In this document: in pieces, positions 1-11,375 of the stretch
Layout of the letters: every line of letters begins with the position of its first letter
How positions within the stretch are numbered: the stretch's first letter is position 1
From: Lama glama
Taxonomy: Eukaryota
Length of the DNA stretch: 64,000 bases
Assembly (NCBI GenBank): GCA_028534125.1
Contig: CM052818.1
Span: 19,966,001-20,030,000 of the forward strand
Reading direction: 5' to 3'
Notes under the pieces: generated by a model
What the model was told of the DNA's origin: nothing
Seen by the model: the letters and a program-made list of their open reading frames with translations, nothing else
The model's database searches: none
Translations under genes and position numbers: made by a program

Positions 1-2850
1 ATGACCCCCAGCTCTGGCCCTCTGAGCTGGGCTCAATCTGTTATTGGGCCCCCCAACATTAATTCATGCCCCCCAAAGTTGACATTAATTCCTCTCCCCC
101 TCAAAATAGTTTTAGTGAAAGGTTTTGTGGGAGATTGAGGAGAGCTTTGTACAGTACCTGTGGGGCAAAATTTCCCCCAGTCCCACTTAAACATCTGTTT
201 TCCCAACCTTTTCTCTCTCCCAGAGCTGCTGGATACTGTCTCTTTCTCTCCAACCTCCTTCTCCTTGGTCTCTTAACACATGGGTTCCAGTTTCCACCCC
301 CATAATGTCCTCTCAGCAGAACAAAAACTGGTAGCGAACCCAGCCTGCCCTCCCAGCCCTGCTGCCAGGAGCGCAGCCCCATGGGTGAGGACTTGCCACG
401 CATTGCCTTTATTTCCCATCAGCTGCTTTGCCCATCGTTTAGACACAGCACCTTGCAGGCAGGGACTGAGTCTTTATCCTCTGCGGTCCCTGCTGCCTTG
501 TTCTTTTAGTGCTGATACTGGGTGTGCACGTAATAGGATCTGAATAGACATTTATGTTCGTTATGTTCTTCTTTCCCAGACTGGCTCTGGTTTCTGGAAA
601 CGCTTCCAGAGTCTCTCTCCTCTTCGCCCATAGATTGTGCCATAGGAAGAGGCAGTTATGTGAGCTGGGGCCCCAGGGAAGGGTGCCCGGACTGTAACCC
701 AGGGATGGTGCTTGATGAGAAAATCTTTCTCTATGGTTTCTGGGGAGAGGGTAGGGGGAAGGCCGCAGTGATCGGAGCGTGAACTCAAGCAGGACTCACT
801 TCAGTCAGTGTTTGCTTACCTCCTGGACAAACCTAGGGTGTATTGCATCCCTTCCCTCCCTGGGAAACAAATGGGAAGGGCTCTACTTTGGGCCTGGGTG
901 CAAAGGTAGGAGGCTGTGGGCAGGCTGGGTCCTCCCTAGGGGCCTCGGCAATGGAGAGGGAAATCTTAGCCCTCACCTTTCTGTAGCCCCCAGTGCTACT
1001 CTTGACCTATCGGGTAGGCTGCTTGTCGCCATCCTCACCCTTCTGACAGCTGCACTCCTGTCGGGATCTTTGCTTTAGAAATGTCTGCACTGGGCACTTG
1101 GTGTTAGTTGCCTGGTGCAAACTCGCACACATTCTTTTTATTAGCGTTAACCGTCCTACCCTCAAGAAGGCGTGTTCCTTGTGTAAGCTCCTCAGTCCCC
1201 GTGAGCCAAAAGGAGCAAACTGTTACAACCGCAGGCAGGCACAGCCCTTCCCCACTGCTCTCCTCATTAACACTTCCTCCCGAGGTGCAAGGGAAGCTGT
1301 TTGCTGCTGACGCAGACTCAGGCTGTGCTGATAGCGAGGCTGCTTCTATAGGCTCACTCCCTGCTCAGGGAGGGCTGGGGGAATTCGAACATGGTGCAGG
1401 AATCCTGTTGGCCGGGGTCTCCTGATGGAGGGAGAGTATAGATTTAGTTCTGATCCTGAGCTGCCTAGAGAGCCAGAAATGGAGAAGATGCTTTGAGCGC
1501 GTCATAGAATTTCAGAGAAGGCAGGGAATAGACCAGCCGAACAGGAAATGCTGCAGGGCTTCCTCTCTGTCCTGGGGTCCCAACATCCCCGAAAGGGGGT
1601 CAACAGATCTACACTGAGCCAACCCCAAACCCCATGCCTCTGGGGAGCTAGTGCGGCCCCTCGCTGAACTCCACCCGGAGATGGCTCAAGTGTCAGCCCC
1701 CTTCCTCTGCTTCTGCATCCTTTCCTGCACCCTCCCGGTTTATTACCTCATCTCTGATATCATGCCTGCTTTTGACAACACTGGGGAAAAAATTTAGTCT
1801 CTCCTCTCACCCCTGCCTTCCTAAGCGCTCTTCTAAGGCGTGATAAACCCTGGCTCTCTCACAGCACCCAGCTCTCCCACACAGCCTCACAGCTCACCCA
1901 AGGCCTCTTCCTGCAGGACAGCATCCCTTCCACCAGGAGGCAGGCTACTTCATTCTCTCGTGCAGGTGCAGCAAAAGGGCTCCCCGGCTCTGAGAGACAG
2001 TCTTGGCAGACCCTTGGCCTGGCTCACTACCTTCCTCCTGCTTACGCATAGAGTGATGGAGTTGAGCTCTTTTTATCCCCTTTTGTCCCTGGGAGATGAG
2101 TCCATAGAGGGTAATGTTTGACTCATCCTGGCTGCTACCAAGCCTGAGCGGATTCACATCCTGAAGATCCCACAAGGTTAAGAACTTGAAGTGATCTTGA
2201 AAGCCAAATGCTCATTTGAATCTGAGGCTCAGAGGAGGCAAGGAAGCAGTCCTGGGTTATAGTCAGCTACTAAGACTCTTGGGACTGCAAACAAAAAACC
2301 TGAAAAGACCAGGTTGTTGTCATTCATTTTATGAAAACTTACTGTATAGAAGCTCCAAAACTTTGGCTCCCGGTGGGACAAATATGTTAGCAAATCCATG
2401 GCCAGAGCTGGCTCCTTGGAGAATCCTTCCTTTCTCTTTCCCAGAGTGTTCTGGCCTCAGGGCTCAGTCACAATGGAAGTCTACAGAGAAGAGGTACCAG
2501 TGTGGGTGACTGCATAAGGGATGTGACTTGAGGGGGCCCAGGGATAGACTGTGGTCCTGGATGAGGTCAGGGCACAGGGGCATGTTGGGGAGCAGAGAGG
2601 GTGCCAAGGTGGCCCATCACACAGCACTGAGTTAGAACACGTGCTCATGGACCTCTGAGAAAGCAAGAAGAGAGTGAGGGAGGGAGGGAGGAGGGGAGGC
2701 AAGTCACCCTGGAGCTCAGTGGGAAGAAAGGAAGCAGTAGGGAGTGTGTGAAGATTCTTTTCTTGTTTTGGAATTTGAGCTCTGGGATTTCACTCAGTTA
2801 CAGTCAAATCAGCAGGCCTCTTATTCATTCATTCATTCATCCCATATATA

Positions 2851-3104
2851 TTTTTTTTAATTTCAAAAATCTTTTATTAGCATAAAAATGAGAATGTTGT
2901 AAATAAATCGGCACCGAATAGTTCATGTAAGTGTATATTACAGTACTATCCCTCTTTGCTGTTTCTCCCTCTTCTGCCCACTTTCCTGGGTGTTGGGGGA
3001 GCTCGCTGACAACAGTCACAAATCCAGCCACCTGATGGAATAGCACTAAGGCTCACACAAAAAGTATGATAATCTCTGTTACACACATTACAGAACATCA
3101 TTTC
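2851..3104 (-). pseudogene. PHF10: 5'-truncated processed pseudogene (retrocopy) of PHF10/BAF45a: C-terminal PHD-finger part, short 3'UTR and poly(A)
   Basis: 3101-2946 translates [51 protein letters not shown], versus recalled PHF10 end [57 protein letters not shown] at 2878-2873 and an A8 tail at 2858-2851. TSD ttcatccca(t/c)atatattt at 2836-2853 and 3102-3119. Confidence 0.92.
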
Positions 3105-3695
3105 ATCCCACATATATTTCTTGAATGGTTACCAAATATCAGACACTCTGCCAGGCACCCCATCCCTTTCAGTTACCAGGACAGTTAAGACCCCAGCTTT
3201 CACAAAGGAATCTGCTGATGTGGATGGTGGGGTGCTGGGCAGGGCACAAGTGGGAGGGCTCAGGGCTCAGGAGGGGACACTTGCTACACTAAGCAAGTGG
3301 ACGACTGGTGACCTGGGTTGATCTATGTGCCATGGAGAAGTAAAGGGTTATGGGCAGTGAGTCCTTTTGTGACCCTTGCTCAGGTGGGGCCCATGCACCT
3401 AAAGCCGGAGAAGTAGCCAGCTGTGCAGACAGCAGGGTAGGGGGAGTGGGGCAGATGGGAAGGCTGTTCTGAGCAGAGGGAACCACAGTGTGAGGCACCA
3501 GGCAGAGAAAGCTCCGCTGGCTTGAGGATTAGAGAAGTCAGTGGGGCTTGAATAAGTGAGTGAAGGTGAGAGAGAAGGGACTGAGCCAGATCTTGTGAGG
3601 CTTGTGGGCAGCATTTAAGGAATCTGAATTTATTCTGCCTACAGTGGGAAGCCATTGAGGGCTTGTAAGCATGGAAGGGATGTGATCTAATTTTA
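3105..3695 (-). mobile_element. LINE-2 3' fragment, whose (ATTC)n tail at 2823-2840 is separated from it by the PHF10 retrocopy
   Basis: Typical L2 antisense phrases (gcagagggaaccacagtgtgagg; gggaagccattgagggcttgtaagc...atgtgatctaatttta) and the attcattcattc tail. Confidence 0.7.
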
Positions 3696-4769
3696 CCATG
3701 TCCTTACTTCTCTGTTAGGTCCCCAGCACAGCACTTGTCCCTCTCCTTTGCTCAGAAGAAACCATACAGACCCCATGGAAACAGGAAAGCAAACACCCAG
3801 CCTTCATTAGCTCAGACCAATGGACAGGTCCCTTTAGAGGCAAGACTCATTTTTTCCTGAAAAGCCCCTTGTAAATAGCATTTGGGGCCACTGGCATCCC
3901 CTTTCCTTACAGAAAGTACCATTAACTCCACCTTTGTCTTCAGTATCGAACTGCTAACATTCAGTTATTCCACGCTTTCCACCCTAAATTGGGGACAAAC
4001 ACACACACTGTTTATGGAAATCACCAGATCTAAGCACTCCCTCTGGCCGGTCTCCTTACCAGGGACCCTCCCCTGCCATCAGAATTGGTAAAGCTGGGCT
4101 TACCTCCCCCTCCCAACTTTTTGTGCCATTACCATATGTACAGAATCTTTTGGTTTTCTCTTAGCTTCTTAGAGCACGCCCATCTTTCTGGACCACTCAA
4201 GTCACACCTCCTCCTGACTCCTGCCTTCTGGAAGCTTTCCCCACTGGGCTGTAGAATCCTTGGACTTGTCACACCCCTGGACTCAGCCCATTGGTTTGTT
4301 TTCCATGCTTTGGAGTTTGGATTTGCATCTCTGGAGGGGTAGCTGCCCCCTTGCCTGTGACTTCCCAGACTTTTCTCACCTTGCGTCTTGGGGGTTACCT
4401 GATTCCCAAAGGGCAGAAGGACTGGGGACAGGGTACTGGCTCTGGACCCATAACCCTGGGAAGATCTGGTAAGCAGGAATGGCACTGGGTTTATCTTGAA
4501 TGAATGAATGAATCCTGGCTCTGTGGAGTTGTGGTCTGGCCTTTGACTGATTCCTTTGGCTGTTGTGAGACCCTGCAAGTCACCTCTCCTTCTGTTGTAT
4601 GCCCGGGAGTACCTTGATTTTTCACATAATGGTATCACTTGGTCTTTGTAACCTTCATTTTTAATGCCTGCAAATTATTGCACCCCATATGTTTTATAAT
4701 GTATTTAACTATTCAAACAGTAAATAGCAGAACATCTGGTGCATAGTAATTGTTAAGCAAAATACTCCC

Positions 4770-5110
4770 CGTGGTCATTTTTTCATGCATTTTCCATGTC
4801 ACGAAAAATTCTTGGAAGTCACCATTTTTAACAACTGGACAATATGATATTGCTCTTTTATACCCTAATCTATTCAACTTCATTATATAGTTCATTAGTT
4901 TCAATAACAAGACAGCAAATTGTGTACCTCAACCTTTGCCTAGTTTGGATTACTCCCCTAGGCAAGCATTCTAGAACTGGAATTAATGGGTTAAAGAGTA
5001 TGTGGATTTTTAAAAGACTCTTTAAAACACATGTCAAATTGCTTTGACAGAAAAGATTTAAAGGAAGCTTAAACATAGTTTTCATTGCAGTGAGGCTGTG
5101 CAATCTTGGA
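4770..5110 (-). mobile_element. Ancient L1 (L1ME-like) 3' fragment
   Basis: ttctagaactggaattaatgggttaaagagtatgtggattttt...tgtcaaattgctttg resembles degraded antisense L1 ORF2 end. Confidence 0.55.
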
Positions 5111-5264
5111 CTGTTTTTTCATTCTCCCCTCCTTTCTTTACCAAGCCCTTAAATTGTAGCATTTGGAGTCATACCCTTTAGGGTCCTAGACTTTTGAGAC
5201 GGTCCCTTGGTGTGAAAGGGAACAGCGCTGGGAGAAGGAGGAGAGAGAGAGAGAGAACTGGTTT

Positions 5265-5620
5265 GAATGTCGCACGCCCTGACCGTCTTAGTAATTGTAC
5301 CACGGTTGGCAGATGAGGCAGCGGTCACGTGACCTGAGCATGACCTCATAGCTCCGGGCTCCCACTCCCATCCCCACCCCCTTAGCCTAGGCTCGGGCAC
5401 CTGGAGCGGATTCGGCGGCGGCCGCGGCGGCGGCGGCAGCGGTAGCAGTGGCAGGACGGGAAGGGCATTTCCATCACCTCTACTTGACAAGCTACTTAAA
5501 GGAGACCTAGGGATTTAGGAACTTTTCTTGGCTCCGTGGGCAAAGAAGGGGCACGCTAGGAAGCCGAGACTTCTGTAATCACCGGCCAGCGAGAAAATTT
5601 AACTGCGCGACCAGCTAGTA
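5265..5620. promoter_or_regulatory. CpG-rich promoter-like element with GGTCACGTGACC palindrome (5323-5334), DR5 TGACCT-gagca-TGACCT (5330-5346) and a CGG-rich tract (5413-5437)
   Basis: Local CpG retention in CpG-poor surroundings; motifs read directly from the sequence. Confidence 0.6.
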
Positions 5621-6261
5621 TTTGCTGAATGCAGCTGGGTGCCCAGTTCTGGCTGCAGGCCAGGCTCGGTGCCAGACGCTGTACAAATTTAATCTTGCTT
5701 AATTCTTTTTATCCATCTCTTACTGCTGAGGAAAGAGATTTGGAGACACAGATGAGAAAACTTATGGCTTCGCTGGGGAGTGAAGAGTAGCCCAAAGCAA
5801 CAGAAAAGTGGAGGAAGCAGTGGGCACCCCGCGTGTACACGGGATATTAGATAGCGGCCTGCCGGGCTGGGGCTGGGTGGGCAGGGGCAGTGCCGGCCTG
5901 AAAGCTTCTAGAAAATAATAGTTGGGGTGGGATGCAAAAAAAAAAAAAAAAAAGCAGAACATTTCTCACAAGGGCCTGACAGGTCATGTGTAGTGGAGAG
6001 AATGGGGTATTGGAGGAAGCTGAAAATAAGACAAGCAAGAAAAGAAAAAAGATGAGAAAAGTATTGATAGGATGAAGGGGGAGTTCCCTGGCCCAGTTTC
6101 CCACCAATCCAGCAGCAGTGAGAGTTAACTGCCCCCACCCTCCTTCCCAGGCTTTGAGGATGCCCTTAGGACCCTCCAGACTTCGGGAATCTTCAAAGCT
6201 GCTGATTTTGCATTCATTCTAGGCCTCTCCCCTTGCAGGCAAGAGCCAGTCTCCATGACCC

Positions 6262-7140
6262 TGGTGCTCTAAATGTTTTTCTTGTAGACTCCAAAATTTT
6301 TTTTGAAAGTCTGTATACGCCTTTGCACATTTTTAGGAGCAAATATTCAAAAATTTTCCATAGCTTAAATAGTTCCATAGGGTGTACTTTCTGATGTATG
6401 CAAATATTGACATTTAAAGATAAAACTGTTAGAACACTCTGAAAAATGTTTCTAAATGAAATACTATAGTGATTGGATACCCACTGTCATCCTTTTTAAA
6501 AATTCATGGAGTTCTCCCTGAACAGTTGGAAAAATTTTGTTTCTTTTTTTTCTCCTTGAATTTATATTTCCCCTACAGAATTTTATCCTAATACATTTTT
6601 ATGATTGAATATCTTATATGCATTACCCTATCATAATTCCCTCCAACAAAGTTATGTGTATAAAATGAATTTATTTTTAAGATTTCTTGTGACCATAGAT
6701 TCTAAATGTTAGAGAATGTTTTGTCTGGATTTGTACCATGACAACGAATACACAATCAATCAAAACAAATGCTGTTAGAAAATTTAATAGCTACTAAGGA
6801 AGCATAAAAACTAAAGCTTAATTGGAAATGCATATCTTAATGAGATAAAGCTTTTTTTCCACTCCAATTAGTTTATATATCCATGGATGAATATTACACA
6901 TTGCTAGAAGGGGTCAGGGTTCAGAATTAATTCTATCTGTTTTTCTTTTTTTTTTAATAGATGCAAGAGCTGAGCTCAGAAACCTTTTCACATACATAAG
7001 TACAAAGGAATGTAAGGAGTTTTGATACAGCAATATCACTCAGTTTTATAAACTCCTTTTGAGTTATGCCAAGGGTCATATGGATAATTATTAAAAAATC
7101 TATCAGCTGACAACTGGAATAGATTCTCCTTCACTTTGAA
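6262..7140 (-). mobile_element. hAT-Charlie DNA transposon fossil including the transposase C-terminal dimerisation region
   Basis: Minus-strand translation near 7060-6830 gives KEFIKLSDIAVSKLLTFLCTYVCEK.../..DRINSEP*PLLAMCNIHPWIYKLI. This resembles the Charlie/Buster transposase C-terminus (..LLPFPTTYLCE.GFS..RNRL..E.DLRL.LS.I.P). AT-rich remainder. Confidence 0.7.
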
Positions 7141-8405
7141 TGAAAGCGGAGAATTGGAAGCTAGTTGATTTGCCCAGTCATTACTCACTCCTTTTCCCAA
7201 CATGGATACTGGGATTTAGACTATCCCTTCATTACATCATTCCTTTTCCCCCAAGCCAATGTACCATGGGAAGATTTGGGATGGGTAAGAAGTGTGTCTT
7301 TCTTTTGGAAAGTGGGAGATGGGTGATCATGCAAGGGAAGCAGGAGGGAGAACCAGCAACATCCTTTGTCCGTGTGCTCAGATAGGACATCTGTATGACG
7401 GAGAGCTTGTGGAAGTCGAGGACTTGCCCTGTGAGGCTCTTAAAATGATGCATGCCAAAATATGTACCCTTTGGAGGGTCTTCATGTATCGTCACGAGCA
7501 CCTGTACCTTAGTTTGTGCTGGTCCGTTCCTGGGTGGATGAACAAACAATGGGAAGGTGATGGGGCGAGGCAGTCCTGTCCCTGCAGGTTCTGACGTGCT
7601 CTTTGTAGGGGGAAAGGTACACTGAGCAGAAGTGACCTCCCCAAGGAGTGACCACCTCTCTGTAGGGTCTTTCCATGGAGTGGGGACCTGTCTCAGATCC
7701 AGACTCTTCTCTCAGAGTTTTCCTTCTCCTTTTGGTTCCACCTACTTTGAGCTCTTGAAAGACCTCCCTTGTCATTCTTCCGTGGGGCCCCTGCAGAGCA
7801 GGGGGTGCCCCCCACAGACGAGTCAGAGCAGAGAGGAGCAGAGTCTGGCCCGAGAAAGCTGGAGTCCCCATCAGACCCTGATAGAGGGTCAGCTACTTCC
7901 CAAGGGTGCTCATTCGTGGGGTCTTGGCTGGCCCAGGTGGCACCTTTGTCATTAGAAAAAAGTCCCCTTTGGGCAGATACAGCACCATGAGCCCATGAGG
8001 CATGGAGCAGAGGATCCCTTTGTACTAAGAGAAATTCTCCCCTTCCTCCAGGCTGACACAGCATCCCAGGGCCAAGGGGTGCAGCTTGGCCAGGGGAGGG
8101 TGGGCTGCATTTCAGCCCCTACTTGTTCCCTGGGCTGGGCACTTTTGGCATTGCACAAGCACACAACCACGTGGGGCATGCTGCTTTTTCTAGCCTCTGT
8201 CTCTGAGCACACTGTCTCCCCTATCTGGAGTGCTGTCCTTCTAGCTAGGTCAGCCAAACCCTACCCATCCTTTGAGGCCCAGTTCAGGTGCCACCTTCTC
8301 CTCCAGAACTAGGTCCACGATCATCTCCCCCTCATCGGGCTTCCTGCAGTCTATAGATATTAATTACACTGGAAATGATGAGGGAAGGACGTATTTATAT
8401 TAGAG

Positions 8406-8636
8406 CAGCGGTTTTCAACTGGGGGCAATTTTGACCCCCACGGGACATTTGGCAATGTTTGGAGATTTTGTTGTTGTTGTCACAAGTGGGGCAGGAAGCC
8501 TGTTACTGGCATCTAAGTGGGTAGAGGCCAGTGATGCTGTTAAATATCCTACGATGCACAGGACAGTTTCCCCTCCACCCACCCAAGGAAAGAATAATGT
8601 GGCCCAAAGTGTCAAGGGTGCCAAGGAGAAACTCCG
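8406..8636 (+). mobile_element. MER20 (hAT-Charlie MITE)
   Basis: cagcggttttcaactgggggcaattttgacccc...gggacatttggcaatg...ggcatctaagtgggtagaggccag...gtgcc matches the MER20 consensus as recalled. Confidence 0.85.
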
Positions 8637-9274
8637 GACGAGATAATCTCTAGTCTTGAAAATGCTTTGTGTCACACACCAAGTTATATTGTGGAGTTTT
8701 TATATTGTGCTTTAATGACTTCAGTGTCAGTGTTATTTTGCAACCAGATGGTGATTTCTTAGAAGACAGAGACCATGTGTCTTGCAGGTCTCTACCCCAA
8801 GGGCGCTAGCACAGGACCCCCAGAGTTTTTGGCCATCAGAAAGATAACAAGGAAGGATGAAGAGATACTCTCTGGCCTGCCCCAGCCCTGCTCCCAGACA
8901 TTTCTCATGAGCTTCTGCTAGAATTCCTTGCCAATTGAACTCTATCACATTGTATCCAAAATCAATAATAACAACAAAACTAGAAGACAAGAGAGCCAGA
9001 CACGGACTTCCTTAGGACGGGTCAGAGAAGCACCCAGTCTCCAGCCTGCACCCCACTGCATGCCTAAGCCGTGGGCTCAGCTGAGATGTTGAGAGAAATC
9101 ATTAAGCTTCAAGGTTGTGGGCAGCCATGTTTCTCTTTAGCCTGGAGCGAGGAATCTAGGAACTATGTTTCGCAAATCCCCAAATGCAGCCTGGGCAAAC
9201 CCCACACCAGCACTCAATAGAAAGAAAACCTCTGATTGATTTCTCTCTTAAAAGCATCTCCCAGCAGGTCACAT

Positions 9275-9470
9275 CTTTATATCTGTGGGGCTCCAGAGCA
9301 AGAGGACACATGGAGGTCCACAAACCACATGTTTATATATCTTACAACTATAAAGCAAGCTAACAAATTGTTAAATGTTCTAGTTTCCTATCTTGAAAAA
9401 AATATCTTCATGATGACCTAGAAGGTCAAGTTTGAATTGAGAATTCTCAGATTCCTTGGATCACCATGCT
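9275..9470. mobile_element. hAT-Tip100-type DNA transposon fragment (MER115/Zaphod-like)
   Basis: gcaagaggacacatggaggtccac...aagctaacaaattgttaaat...gaaggtcaagtttgaattgagaattctcaga resembles this family; subfamily uncertain. Confidence 0.45.
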
Positions 9471-9996
9471 GGGACATGGTGGTTGTAGGGAGAGCTGGTC
9501 CCAGCTCTCACCACCCATGACCTATCCCCTTCTCCATCACTTCTAGCTCTGCCTCACCCTTTGAGGGGCCTGATGTGGGCATCCAGCCAAGTTCCAGTTG
9601 CACCTCTGTGTGCTCCCCTCCAATGTAGTCTACTGTGCAGAGGATGGACCTGGGGATGAGGCCTGCAGGCTCTAGAAACAGTTTTGGGACCTTCTGGGCA
9701 AGGAGTTCCCAGGCCTGGGTATCCCTGGGGTTATGGTCTGGGAAGGCAGCGTGAGTGTGGTGGGCACGTCCACTTGACCCAACAGACTTCTTCCTCCTTG
9801 TGGGGAGGGGTGAGACCAAATGAGAAAGTGGACCCTCTCAAAGTGCTGGCCCAGAGCGAGGTCCCTCTTGTTGGGTCTACGGGTGGACTGCCTCCCAGAG
9901 TCGCAGCAGCTACACCGTGTGCCCTGGGCCTCCTGTTGGTCAACCCCTGTGCTTGTCCCTGCCATATGCAGACTAGGCAGGAACCTCAAGAGACAT

Positions 9997-10425
9997 TGTT
10001 TTTGGTAACAGCTTTATTGAGATATAATCCATATACCATTACCCATTTACCCAATTAGATGGCTTTTAGTATTTTCAGGTAGTGCAACCATCACCACAGT
10101 TAATTTTAGAACATTTCATCACCCGAAAGAAAACTACACCCTTAGGTGTCACCCCCAATCCTTTTATTCCTCCAGCCCTAAGCAACCACTTATCTACTTT
10201 TTGTCTTTATAGATTTGCATATTCTGGGCAGTTCATACAAATGGAATTATAAAAGATGTTATCCTTTGTGATTGGCTTCTTTCACTGAGCAGGTGTTCGA
10301 GGTTCATCCACGTGGTAGCATGTATGAGTACTTCATTTCTTTTTATTGCCAAATAATATTCCATTGTATGGCTATCCTGTGTGGTAGTCATCCACCCACC
10401 AGTGGGACACTTGGGTTGCTTCCAG
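9997..10425 (-). mobile_element. L1MB-type LINE-1 3' end
   Basis: aacagctttattgagatataatcc...gtgcaaccatcaccacag...aagcaaccact...ggttcatccacgtggtagcatg is the characteristic antisense L1MB 3' UTR and ORF2 end. Confidence 0.85.
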
Positions 10426-10814
10426 ACCTTTCCTGGTCTTTTCATGGAGCCTCTTGTGGGTCCAATGCTCTGTATGTTGGTGGTGCACAGACCAGGCTTC
10501 CCACTGGGCATCCCCTCTCAGCGCAGCCCCACCACCATTTCCCTTGGCACTGACATCAGTATCGCAACCCCTCATGATACCAGAGCAGGGCTGTTTTCCC
10601 TCAGAAAGTGGAGAAATGTCTCCCTTTCCACATGGGTGCCCCTAATAGCGCCATTCGTCCTCATGTCTCCAACCTCCCTTGTCTAGGTTTACCCCCATGG
10701 CTTCTCCACAGGACAGGCTGGGAACAGATGCCAAATCTCCTCCATTAGCTGTTGTTGAGTCCACGTTCCAATTCATACAGTCCTCTTCTCCTTAGCCAAA
10801 TGGGAAAGCCCTTG

Positions 10815-11375
10815 CATGATTCAAAACTCTTGGTTCCAAGTGACAGGAACCCAATTTAAATCAAGGTTAATAGCAGCTAAAAAGCTTAGGGATGTCTCTT
10901 ATTTCAGGTGGATCCAGAGGCTCCAGTCACACCAACAAGGACTCTCTCTCGCCTTCTCCTCCCTCCCTCTCCTTCCCTATTTGTCTCTTCTCATCTTTTC
11001 TTGGTTCTGCTTTTCTCCATATCAACTTTATTCTCAGGTTGGCCTTCCCCTAGTGAAAAAAGGTGGCAACCAGCAGCTCTGGACCTTATTCTGTCTGCTT
11101 AGTACCCAGTAGAAAGAGAGTTCATCTTTCCCAGGAGTTCCAGCAGAAGTCCTAGGTCTGAGACACACTGGTCAGGCTTGGGTCATGGGTCCACACAAGA
11201 ACCAATCACTTTGACCAGGAGATGGAATGCTCTGATTGGCTAGGTCTGGGTCTTGGGCCCACCCTTGATTGGAAGTCAGCCCTCTTGAACCACCTGGACA
11301 AAAATTGATGAAGAGGGACTTCCCCCAAAGAAAACCAAGGGGAAACGAATGCTGGACACACAAAGCAGGTGTCCC
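10815..11375 (-). mobile_element. MaLR LTR (MLT1K/L-like)
   Basis: cttggttccaagtgacaggaacccaa...ggcttgggtcatgggtcc...aaccaatcact...tctgattggctaggtctgggtc. Confidence 0.65.

Noticed and set aside
5149..5490. 113-aa Pro-rich minus-strand ORF
   Set aside because: Non-ATG start; the open frame is a by-product of the GC/CGG-rich element.
7232..7594. Overlapping ORFs of about 100 aa on both strands with protein-like composition
   Set aside because: No recognisable homology, no clear donor site and no linked exons.
7693..8064. Minus-strand ORF containing an Asp-box-like motif (FSNDKGATW), suggesting a sialidase
   Set aside because: Single short motif with no other sialidase features or convincing splice structure; expected by chance.
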